64,000 bases of DNA, from NCBI GenBank assembly GCA_013239625.1, contig MU053482.1:2269168-2333167 (forward strand). The letters run 5' to 3'. The position numbers and the translations under genes were made by a program. Below the pieces are notes generated by a model that worked only from the letters and a program-made list of their open reading frames with translations, was not told where the DNA came from and ran no database searches. Shown here one piece after another: positions 1 through 12,230 of the stretch (position 1 is its first letter; every line of letters starts with the position of its first letter). Source of the DNA: Lama guanicoe (Eukaryota).

Positions 1-1775
1 GCTCCATGACTTTCTCTAGTAAGTTTCAGCAGCCTGAGAGCCTCCCGGGTTAGCTGTAACAACAGTAAATGCAGTCCTTAATACTAACCCCGCAGAGACA
101 GGTATCCCTCTGCACCCATTTACTGGACTTTCTGCTGATTTATGCCCGACAAAGGATCACAGGGCAGCAAAAGACTCTGAAGACTGTCTTCCAAGCCTGC
201 ACTGGAAGAAACCAATACAAATCTTTAATTGGAAAGAAAAAAGTATAAACTAGGCAAGACTCAACTGAATCCCACAATCATTTCAGAAGGGGACAGGGAG
301 GGATCAGGAAGAAATGCAGCTCTGCCTGAGTATGTGTGCGAGGGCCACGGTTTACACAGGCAGACGTTAAACCTCTTTGTTCTTCATCAAAGACCTGCCT
401 CTCACAAACGACAAAGGAGCATCTCAGTTCTTCTGTCTACTTTTATTTCCTAGTTCCTGGTGATAGGATCCCCCAAATATTCCCCACTTCCTTGCTGGAA
501 CCAAATCATACCACCCCCGGGGCACAAGAACTGGAACGCAGCCACGCACAGAAGGAGTGATCAACAAATGCTCAAGTTGGACGTGTTAGCAAACATTTAA
601 GGTTTCTGGAAACTACAACTTCCAAGGACCATTCTCCACATGATGGGGAAATCAAAGCCAGGTGAAGATCTGGGCTGAGTTTCAAATATTCCTGGGTTTA
701 CGAAGGAGGTGGAAGGTGGGAGGCAGAATTCTGGAACTGAACCCACTGAAGGCCCAGCCTCCCACATCCCAAGGGTGACAGCAAACAGGTGTGGACCTAG
801 AGCAAGCCCAGCAGTCTAATGAGGCAGTTATCTCCTGGAGTCATCCTTGTCAGAGAACTTCCACCACTTTGTTATCACAGTTTATACTTTCACAAAGTGA
901 CTAGACATATTAATTTTATCTCTATTTAGATTTGTGTTTCCTTCTGGTTCCACTAATGATACTCACGGTCATGGCTCTCTGCCTTAGCTTATCGGCTCTC
1001 CTTGATCCCCCAGGCTGACTCTCTGGGACCCCATCTCACATCCATAGATTCCTGTCCTCTTTATCATAAGGTCCCTTTTGACAAAAAGAAATTGAGACAT
1101 AGAAATGTGTCTTGCGCAAGATCACACTGCAAATTAGCAGCGCAGCAGGGGTTAGAATCCACTGCTCCGTCCTTTAGGCCAGCACTCTTTCCAACTGACC
1201 ACAATACCTCCGTTATAGGAGAAACATCTGCCCTGGAGCACCAAGACCAACAATCAAAACAGTTTATCTGCCTGTCTCCTTAAGCAAAACAACACAGCCA
1301 AAATGTTTGGCAGAGACTAACTAAATATTTCCTCTGTGATGTACGCCGCAGGGGAAGACTGTGGGAGTGAGGTAGGCACAGAACACAGGGAAGAGAAAAC
1401 CACTGCAAAGGCCAGCAGATGGGCTACTAAAGAGGGAAATGCAATCTGAAACTGAGGACAAGCTAGGGACAAAGGAATCAGAATTTTTCCTTAGTTCAGA
1501 TTTTAAAATAGGATTGTAGATCTAAGTGTGAATGTAAATAAACTATCATCTAAGAACTGACTAAACAGAAACCAGAAGATACATCAAAATACCAAGTCAT
1601 GAAGACAGGAAATCATAGGAGTGAGATGGGAACGCCTAGGAACTCAAGGAGAGGGTAGACAGGCTAGAGGCAGAGAACCACTATCACGGAGCATCATGAG
1701 TGGAAGTGGAAGAGAACTCAAGGGACCCAAACAAGGTTCTGCAAAATGCAAAAAAAAAAAAAAAAAAAAAAAAAA

Positions 1776-1852
1776 NNNNNNNNNNNNNNNNNNNNNNNNN
1801 NNNNNNNNNNNNNNNNNNNNNNNNNNNNNNNNNNNNNNNNNNNNNNNNNNNN
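1776..1852. other. assembly gap (N run) inside a poly-A tract
   Basis: Ns flanked by A runs on both sides. Confidence 0.98.
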
Positions 1853-4800
1853 AAAAAAAAAAAAAAACCTACCTGAATTATCCAAGAGAGAAAACTCTCC
1901 AAAATGTGTGAAAGCTGTTGAATGGGAAAGGTATTACCACCAAGGAAAATTCACTTGAGCTTTTCAGGGACCTTTAAGAAAGAAAAGGCCTCAAAGGGTA
2001 GATAGGATCCCTCCATTGTGTCAAATGAAAAAAAAGAAAAGAAAGGCTTCCACAAAAAGCCAAGAGGTCTAAGGCAGGCCTCTACCACTGCCCCTGGGGG
2101 GCAAAAGGTTTCTCTCTGGCACTCCTGTGAGCCATGATCCCTGAGAGCACACAGTGAGGTCAGTCTCAGAGAGGGCGTGGCAGCGCCCTGCTGCAGCTCT
2201 CCTGGGCAGACTGACATGGGAGCAAGGATGAGGTAACCGCACGGGCAAATTCCGCCACTGGTGGTCCCCTTCCCCACTGGGGGAAGAGAAAGGACGAACC
2301 TGGAGCTCTTAACCTCAGAGGGTTTACTTTCTAGTTGAGCAGCCAAGATACACATTCCAAAGAACTAGGAAATCCTGCCTCAACACTTCAGCTCAATAAG
2401 CAGTCCCAGTCCAGCTATTTCCCTTCTTAAAGGTGGGTACTGACTACTGAGGCAGCGATGGGCAAATGGGAAAAGGGCTGACAGTCACAGAACGCAGCAA
2501 AAGAGAATCTGGGGAGACAGATGGATTGCTTCCTGATTGTGAAGTGATTCACTCACTAGGCGGAGTCTAAGAGACAAGGAGTTAAGACAAGAAAAGTATT
2601 TTAAAGGGGGGTGGGAGGGGGCTCTCTCCCAGGTGGAAAAATTGGGAAAGCAGACAAAAGGAAGGAGTAAGCTCCACTGAAACAGGGAAATCCCCCACCC
2701 TAGGCTTCATCTGTAATTAAAGGCAGAAAGGACCAAACTAATGTAAACAGGCCAAGGGAAGCTAACGTGCCCTGCTCCAGAGAGGCCAAAACACACACTT
2801 CCCCAGAACAGACCTGGAAACACAGAAGGTAGGTGCTCCCCTGGACAAGATAGGCAGGCAGGCTGGGGGCGATGGGGAATTCCCAAGCTGCTCTTGGGCT
2901 TTTTTCCTGTTCCCAGGCACTCGGCGCTTACAAAACTCCCAGGCATGGAGACCAAGTAGAAGGTGAAGTTAACACTTGGAGTAAAATGCAGTTTGCCCAA
3001 GAGAGTCAGAAGAAAATAACTAGGCAGAGCAGCAGGACCACCTCCAAACCTGAGCACCTAGGCCACAGGCTGTCGGGCTTCCACACCCCTTCTTAGCCCC
3101 GATGCAATAAACAGCTGCCCGGGAGAAAACAATGGGCCTTTGTCTGTGCCTCTGCCTTTAGATTATCTTGGAGAACCAAACAGGATAATTCCTTTAGAGG
3201 AGTGGTTCTCTTAAATACTAGTCCAGGCCATGATGACAGTTTTTTTTTTTTTAACCATCTACAGCATCCCTCTCAAATAAATTCCTTCCCGATCGATAAT
3301 GGGCAGTAAGGGTCCTGCATGCCGTGCCCTCGCCCTCACCTGGCACAAAAAGTGGTGGCAGACAGGTCTGTACAGCACTCTTCCTGGAGGCTCCACCAGT
3401 CAGACACCAGCACTATGACTTCTGCTCTCTTCTCAGCCTGGCCACAGAACTGAAAGCCTGACAACTGTTCTCACCCTCTTCTCTCCATTCACCAGAATAT
3501 CCCATACTGAGTGAATTACATTAATTCTTGATACTGTTTTCATCAACATACCTGTTGAAATGGACTATCAACAGTCACTGTCATAAAATAAAATGTGAAG
3601 CAAGCTGGACAGTCAAGCTTCTCCTAATGGTGCACTATCAAATAAAAATTCCCAAAATGACAAACACATCAATACATTTTATGCTGTAACTTTTCTTGAT
3701 TCAAAATATTTTAAATCTAACCTAATTTTGAAAAAGATGAGAATAAGGTGCTTTCTTGGAAAGAGCTGTCCCATTATCCTATTTTATTTACTTGTTTTTA
3801 GTTTATTTATTATTCTGTTTTCCAAATGCCCTTTCTTACGTGATGGGATGATACGCTTGGGGTTTTTGTTTACCCTTGGTCCCTTTTCCTGGGAAAACTT
3901 TTAAAATACAGGAATTCTATGTTGGTCTCAAAAAAAAAAAACAAATCAACAAACAAACAGAAACTCCGTTTTATGAAATCCAATATCCTATAGTGTGCTA
4001 GTCTTTTCTCATTTTCCTCCCCAGAGATATCTGGTAGCAAATGAATTCAGGAACCATTTCTTTCAAACCACCACCAAGGACTAGATGCCACACAACACAA
4101 AATCCCTTTGCGTGAAACAAGAGACAGTCTGAAGAATTCCTAGTATCTTCCCCTCAATACCTCTCTCCTCACCAGCACTACTCTTCTCCCCAAACGCCTC
4201 CAAACAAAGCGTACTGAGCATTAGCTGGACATCATGAGTTCCCTAATTCAATCCAGAAGATCATTCATCTTCCAAGATTTCAGCACAAGGAAGCAACACA
4301 ATGTAATAGAAAGGGCTTTGGAATCAAATGAACCTAGGTTCAAATTTGGGATCTTGGGAAAGTTCTTTGATTTCTCTGAGTCATGATTTCGTCCTCTTTG
4401 AGACAGTCAGCAGAATTTATGGAAGTATCCAGCAATGACCCACACGGAGCAGGTCTCTTGCACTGACTCAGTTCTTCCTTGACAGCATGCCCTCCTATCA
4501 TCCCCCAAGAGCTAGGCTTTTCAGACACTTTTTTGAAAGCAGAGAGCTGGCAATAATGAAGCCAAGTATAACATTTTCCCACATGAACTCAAAGTCACAC
4601 GGCTTTCCTTACCTTGCCTTGCTGGTTACATTCCCACAGCTGTCCTCAGTTCCTTCCCAGGCTCTCCTAGGAAGGCCCACAGCATTTTTTAATGGTATAA
4701 GTCTCCCACTTCTTCTCAAGAGCCTAGAAGAATGAATTATTAGGTGGCTGAGGGTTTTCTAAGGGCAGGGCTTTCAGTGTCATCCTGGAAAATATTAAAA

Positions 4801-7047
4801 TGTGGAAAAACCACTCATCTCACCACCTCGTGTTTCTGGGTAGTATCGAATCAACCCTTTGATGGTTTCTTTTTGGAGTTTGTTCAATCTGCTTTAAGTA
4901 AACATTGAATCAAGTACTAGTACTTTGCTGAACAAATGTTCTAAATAAGAAAAAAAACCCCAAACAAACGAAACTAGAAATGCGTAATCAATTTTTTCAG
5001 GACTACATACAGTCTCATTTTATAGCACTCCTAGTCTGATTTCTATTAATGGAAGCCTCTCCATCATGAAAGCAAAAGAATTCTCAGTACCAGATGGGCC
5101 GGACACGAGTGACTTAACATGCTACCTTTTCTGGGACCACAGAATTTTATACAGTTGAATTCTTTTTAAACAAGAGTTATTTAGTAAATGTAAATTTTAA
5201 GTTTGATTTAATTTGCAGAATTTTGTAAAAGTTTTTCATGTAAACAAATTCACAAATCAGGAAAAAAAGAAAACTGTTTATTGGCCCAAGGATCTCAAGT
5301 TTTAGTTCCAAAACTGCAGTCACCCTCCTAATGACAAGCTGAGGGCCTCAACCAAGCACGTGGCCAATGGGTGGAGAGAACTGCTGGACCCTGGCACTCA
5401 TCTCAGTCTGCCTATCACCACTAAGGTACCAAACCTGTAAGAGGAATGGACCTCGGACGGGCCTCATTTTTCTCCCCTAGCAGAATGTAAGTTAGAATCT
5501 CTACATCTACACATGAACAGATTACTAGCCGGTAGAACAGTCACTGGGAAGGAAGCGCCATTAATGGATCGCTCTTGTTCTCACCACCTCAGGCCGGGCC
5601 CTCGGCAGGAGCTCCCTGCACAGACGTCGACCCCCAACGCCTCTCCCTTCCAGCCCACTGCAGGGTCCTGTTGGGCTGGCTCTACGTGGTCATCTTGCTC
5701 ATGCCACTCCTGCCATCTCCCTGCAACTTTTCCAGGTCTTTTACACCTCCAGGCCTTCTGCCTATTTGGCTGCCCCTTCCTGGAATGCCCTCCCACCTTT
5801 ATTCTGCCGGCCAGCTCCAACAGTCCCCCCAAGACTCAGCGCCCACCTCTGGCTGCCTTCTTGACCAGGGGGCTTCCTTTGCCTCTTTTCCTTATTATTC
5901 TTGTCTTTCCTCTGTATCCTACTCTGTTGTAAATGTTCATTTATCACATATGCCCTAAGTAAATTTTACAAAGTAAGTACTCCTTCCAGATATTTAAACT
6001 AACATTTATATTTTTGCATGATAGATAATAATAAAGATATACTTTCTGGCATATTATAAATATTGGCACTTTATGGATACTGACATTTCAAAAGAAAACT
6101 ATTACATCGCTCTCTTAAATGAATCCAAATGAATCCAATGAAATCTAAATACCATAGTGATTTAAAATCCACCATCATTTATTCAAAATAACCATGAAAT
6201 TTTATACCATTCTTTTTCCTCCTTGTACATTTATCATTCTTACTTCCTCTTCAGACTTTTATCCTAATATTTATCCTTTAAAATATTTTACTGATCAACC
6301 TATGATACTTTCCTGCAATATAACTATTGTACATAAATTTATATATATGTTTTTAAATTCTCCTATGACAGTAAGCTCTAAATGTTAAAAAAAAATTCTT
6401 TTCTTCTGGATTGGGCTTTCATTACCTTTATTATTAACATGCACTTGATCAAAACATATCACAAATTTATATTATTAAATATAAAAAGTAAAATTTTACT
6501 AGAAATGCATTAGTTTTCCATTTTTATAGTTGCAAGTGCCAAGAAACTTTGTTCACATAAATAACCAGATAGGAATGAAAGAAATTGTGTCATAGTAATA
6601 TGTCAATCTTTGCACGCCTTCTGAGCTAAATGCCAAAATTACACAGATCAATTATCAAAAATTATTTTTAATGATTTACCAACTGACAATTCTTTCAATT
6701 TTGTTGAAAGCAAAAAACTAAAAGCCATCTGATTTGGAAGGGATTTGTTACTCAGAGTCATTCACTTTCTTAAGTTTATTTCTAATTGTTCCTTTGCTTG
6801 CCAACTAGGAAGTTTCACACACCAAGCACATAAGTAGCAAGATTCAGGATGAGTAATGCTGTGTATTCTTTTTGTAAAGTGAGAGGAGTGACTGAGAAAG
6901 GGGACATCTTGAGTACAACTGTATTCACACACCTGGGGGCTGTAGTACCAGTTGGCCAGCTTTCCAGACACATGACCAAATGTGTGTCTCTCGGTTACAA
7001 GCCATGTCCTATAGAAAATTTTCTCCTTTGATGGGAGGGCTCTACTT

Positions 7048-7449
7048 TTTTTTTTTAATGTATTTATTTTATAGTATTTTTTTAATTGAAGTATAGTTGA
7101 TGTACAATATTACATGTTACAGGTATACAATATAGTGATTCACAATTTTTAAAGGTTATATTCCATTTATAGTTATTATAAAATATTGGCTGTATTCCCC
7201 ATGTTGTACAGCACATCCTTGTAGCTTATTTTACACCTGATAGTTTGTACCTCTTAATCCTCCATCTCCATCTTGCCCCTCCCCCTTCCCTCTCACCACT
7301 GGTAACCACTAGTTCCTTTTCTACATCTGTGAGTCTGTTTCTTTTCTGTTATATTCACAAGTTTGTTGTATTTTTTTAGATTCCACATGTAAGTGATATC
7401 TTGCATTATTTGTCTTTTTCTGTCTGACTTAATTCACTTAGCATAATGC
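7048..7449 (-). mobile_element. 5'-truncated L1 3' end with target-site duplication
   Basis: Poly-T at 7046-7056 followed by L1 3'UTR-like sequence (attgaagtatagttgat...ccactggtaaccactag...gattccacatgtaagtgatatc). Flanked by tgggagggctctactt (7032-7047) and tgggagggctcctactt (7450-7466). Confidence 0.85.
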
Positions 7450-9462
7450 TGGGAGGGCTCCTACTTCAAGTTAATCTTAACGAATATGAAACGGGAATTT
7501 AGAATTTCATTTCTCTTATACAAAGTCATTTTCCAAGTTGGGGGGTTTGTAATTAACTGACCATTAATTAAACTCATCATCACAAAATAAAAAATGGCTC
7601 AATTTCTTAATCTTTATAATGAGCCTGAAATGAGATCTCATTAAAAAGGGCTTCTCATAAATCTCAATAAATACAATACAGAAAAATTGACTGAAACTAT
7701 GAAAGGAGGATCAACAAGAAAACTTAGAGGAATGAATAAATAGGAAGAAAGACATAAGTAGTCAAAGGAAAAAAAACTTGTAAAAAAAGAACAAAGCCAA
7801 TCCCTTTAATTGAATGCCTTCCTCACAGTAAACAATCAATCAATCAATCAGATTTACAGAATGGCTAATACCGAGTCTCAGAGTATGAAACAGACTACCA
7901 TAATGACTATATAAGTACAGGTTGTAAAATAAATAGTAAAAAGCATAAGGTCCATACTAAATCAATGAATAGATAAATGCAATAAAAATAGAAGTGATGC
8001 TACAGAAAAAGCTAATCAGAAAAAAATTTTCATGAAAGAAATAGAGATTCAATGAATGCACAGGATGACAATCATGAGAAGAGAGGCAGCTCAGAGAACC
8101 ATCCTGCAAATGACAGACATCTTTGAACAAATGGCCTCAAATCTATAATTAGAAGTCTAATAGAAGCATACTGTCCAGAAATGATAGAAGAGTCTGGTCC
8201 AAAAACAAAAGATTTACAGAATCCTAAACAAAATCACCAACCAGGAACTAAAATTATGACATTCTCATACTTTTTAAGTATAAAGAAAAGAAAAAACTCT
8301 GCATACAGAGAAGACCCAAATCTGAATTTCTTCCAACTTTGCAGAGGCTACAATTAAAGCACAGATATACATAAAAAAAACTCTGGAGAAAGTATTTTAT
8401 CTCAAATTATTTAACAAGGTGAGAAGATCCCTGAAAAAAAAGAAAAGAAATTAAGAAATTTACCCATCACACACCTCATTCCAAAACACAGTTCAAATAA
8501 CTCATTTAGAGACTTAAATGTTTAAGTTAAAAAAAAAATCAAATAACCAAAATCAATCATTTCTTATTAAAAAGATAAATAAAATGTTAAATAGGGAAAG
8601 AACAATTGTCAAGAATAAATCATTAGTAAAAATATAAAAAAAAGCAGCAACAGTGAAGGAGGGGAAGAGCAGTATCAGAACATAAAGATAAATTAACAGG
8701 TAATTTATACAATGTCATTAACATTTTTAGCTGAGACATATCAAGTAAATGCAAAGTGTGGGCACTGTGCAGATCCCAATGCAAACATCCAATTTAAGTA
8801 AAAGGCATCTTTGAAACAACTGAGGACATGTGAATACAGCCTGGGTAACAGATGACATTAAGGAATAATTGCTAATTTTGTTAAATGTGATAATTGAGTG
8901 GTTATTTATTTTTTTAAGTCCTTATCAGTTAGACATGCTTTCTGAAGTATTACTGGGTAAAATAACTTAATATTCCAGAAATTATAAAAGAAATAAAACA
9001 AAATTGGCAAAATGTTGATAATATCTGAAGCTGGATAAGAATTTCTGGGAAATTTTAAAGTTTTTTTAATTACCATATTTACTGGGCATCTATTAAGTTG
9101 CAAGCTCTGCTCTGGTATTAGACACAAGATAAAATGGCCCCAAGAAAGAAACACAGAAAGCAAGGGTTCTTAACCTAGGATTCACCCCAGCAAATAGCTA
9201 TGATTTTTATTACTGACAAAGTCATAGGTAGTACTATTATTACTGTGCTTTCTTGTCTATATGCATAATTAAAAGAAATACTAAATTCAAGTCAGAGGTC
9301 AGTGAAAATGATGATGTAACTCTTCCTATCCAAGCTGCAGACCCTCTGAACTCTATTCATGATCCTCCAAAGATTACACCTTTCTGCAAATTTTTATTAA
9401 ACATGTATAAGCTCAGTGCTAGGCCGTGGGGGATGCAAAGATGAGGAGAATATAGTCTTTAA

Positions 9463-10790
9463 GATACACAAATTAAAACAGTATGGCATTATCACCAGCA
9501 GAGACAGCTCAATGGTACAAAAGTCTAGAAACACACCTAAGTATATACCTGAATTTAGAGTACGATTAAAATTGGCATTTTCAAAACAGTAAAGAATGGA
9601 TTCCTTAACAAACAACATTAGGACGATTCCTTGGGAAAAAAATAAAGTCAGCAGAGTAGTTAAAGAGCATGGGCTCCTGGGTTCAAGTACCTGAAGGCAA
9701 ATTCTGTCTTTGCCACTTACTAGCCGGCAACCTTCAGCAAGTCAATTCACAATGATACTGACTGGGAAGATAACAGTGCCTACACCATACGTTTGTTGAA
9801 AGTATTAAATTAGTCACAACATGTAAAGCTTGTGCCTAGCATTAGTACCTGGCATATAATAAGCACTCAAAATACTAGATATTATTATTACTTCCTAACA
9901 GAATAAATTCCAGATTGAGTAAAGATGTAAATGCAAAAAAATGACCTCATAGAAGAGGTAGAAGAATATATACTGGATATTTATGAAATCTTGCTGAGGG
10001 AAAATCTTTCTAAGAATGACTCTACAGGCAAAAATTTCTGTTAAAAGACTAATAAATTGCACTACATTAAATTATTTAAACATTTACATGTGAAAAGCAA
10101 TAAAGTTAAAAGTTAAACTGAGGGAAATATATATGTTTATGTGTGTGCGTTTATATCCTTAATATTAAAAGAATTGGTAAAATCAGTAAAAATAAAATAT
10201 AAAAATCATGAACATATAAATCACAAAAGAAATATAAATTAAATGGCATTAAACACATGAGAAAATATTCAACCTCAGCAGCAATCAAAGAAAAACAAAT
10301 TAAAACAATGCAATACCATTTTTATCTTATCAGATTTGCAAATATTATTTTCATTGTTTTTAGCTTCACAGGCTAGCTAAAAACAGGCACTTACTCACCC
10401 TAGCAGAAGTGTATGCACCTTAAGACTCTCTGGAGGTCGATTTGGCTAAACACATCAAAAGCCCTTGAAAATGTTTATCTCCTTCATCTAGTCATTTTAC
10501 TTCTATGACTGTATCCTCCCCAAGAAATCAGGGAACTGTACTGAAATATAGGCATAAAGATGTTCATCACAGTGTTCTTAAAATAGAAAAAAAAAACAGG
10601 GAAAAAGCTAAATGTAAATAACAGATTAAAGTGGATAAATATTTAGTATTTTGTAAGTGTATTTTTTTTGTGTTGGTACAGACTTTGGTATGTATGCAAA
10701 CAATGGTCATCTCTGTATAGTGGGATTGTGGGTGATTTTTTGGTCTCTGTTTTCTAATTTTTCTAGAAAGAATATGAATTTCTTGCATAA
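9463..10790 (+). mobile_element. old, degraded L1M ORF2 3'/3'UTR fragment interrupted by a MIR (about 9651-9890)
   Basis: L1-like segments (aattaaaacagtatggcatt; aaattaaaacaatgcaataccatttt) around a MIR core (ttgccacttactagc...agtattaaattag...cctggcatataataagcactca). Confidence 0.6.
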
Positions 10791-11347
10791 AACTCAGAGA
10801 GCTAATTAGTGGAGAAATGCCCCATCCATGGGCTCTTGAAAGAGATGAGTAGGGCAGAAAGACGTGTAAGTAAGTAATACCTATAATAATCATGGCTCCA
10901 GAGCGCAGACAAGGGCTGGATTCTGCCTGGAGCTGAGATGTGAAGAATGAATTTGCCAGGGAATGAAGTCAGAGGGCCAAGAGACTATCACATGCAAAAA
11001 AATGAAAGGGAACAAGGGCCTGTGTTGGTAAACTACATGCCAGTTCAGCATGGCAAGAACAGGAGGCCATGTGTCATTTCTCCATGACTTAAAGAAAAGC
11101 CAGATGACAGATTTTTAATGTCATGCATGTTAAATGAATTTGCAGTTATCCTGTCAAAGAAGATTCAATAAAGAGCTTTTGGGATTCATTTATATGAAAA
11201 TCAAGAAAAGGCAAAACAAATGGTAACAGAAGAGTGGTTAGGGGTAAGGATACAGAGACATAAGGCAACCTTCTGGGGCACTGGAAATGTTCTGTATCTT
11301 GATCTGAGCGGTAGTTACATGGGCAAACACAAATGTAAAAATCTTTA

Positions 11348-11570
11348 GGAGTTTGGGATTAGCAGATATGAACTACTATACACAAAACATAAACAATGAG
11401 GTCCTACTGTATAGCACAGGGAACTATATTCAATAGCTTGTAATAACTATAATGCAAAAGAATATATATATATACACACACACACACATACACATAACTG
11501 AATCACTATGCTGTACACCAGAAACACAACATTGTAAATCAACTATACTGCAATTAAAAAATTAAGATAA
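11348..11570 (+). mobile_element. younger L1 3' terminus nested in an older L1M fragment (about 11190-11640)
   Basis: ggagtttgggattagcagatatgaactactata...ctgtatagcacagggaactatattcaa...taaatcaactatact followed by an A-rich tail; typical of artiodactyl L1 3' ends. Confidence 0.75.
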
Positions 11571-11999
11571 AAAGTGAAAATCCATTAAGCTATATGCTTA
11601 ATATTTGTACACTTTGTTGTATGTTACTCCTCATAAAAAGGAAGGAGTTTTTAGGAAGGAAGTATGGTAACTGAACAGTATTTCAGAACGCGCACTCTTG
11701 GGAGCAGCTGGGAAGACTGAAGAACACACCAGGATACGTGCATTCTGAGAACTAAAGCTGAACTCCAGAAAAGAGATGGTCAAGACTTTAAGTGGGTTGG
11801 AGGCAGTAAGGGAGTAAGGACAACCTGGGAAATGGAACTGACAAGATTATGAGTGTGATTACTGAGGGAGGAAGAGAAGTCAGAGATGACTCTGTAAAGG
11901 AGCTGGTGAACACAGGAGAAGAAAGAGCAGCTTTCCAGAGGTAAGTACTGAAATGGAAAGTCTGAGGTGCCTGTGTATCATCCCATTGTCCAACAGCAA

Positions 12000-12230
12000 T
12001 CATTATACACACTGACTATATGCCAAGTCATCTTCTAAGTACTTTACATATATCAATCCATTTAACTTCACAAAAACTTTATGAGGTAGTCACTACTATT
12101 ACCCCATTTTACAGATGAGGAAACGGAGGCACAGAGAAATTAAGTGACTTATCCAGGGTCAGATATAGGAAGTGGTGGAAAAAGGATTTGAACCCAGGAG
12201 ATGTGGCTCAGGAGTGCATGCTCTTAAGAT
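12000..12230 (-). mobile_element. MIR SINE
   Basis: MIR core ccccattttacagatgaggaaacggaggcacagagaaattaagtgactt...ggatttgaacccagg. Confidence 0.85.

Noticed and set aside
5860-6960. AT-rich block resembling an old hAT-Charlie DNA transposon remnant
   Set aside because: I could not identify TIRs, a TSD or a family with confidence without a repeat search.
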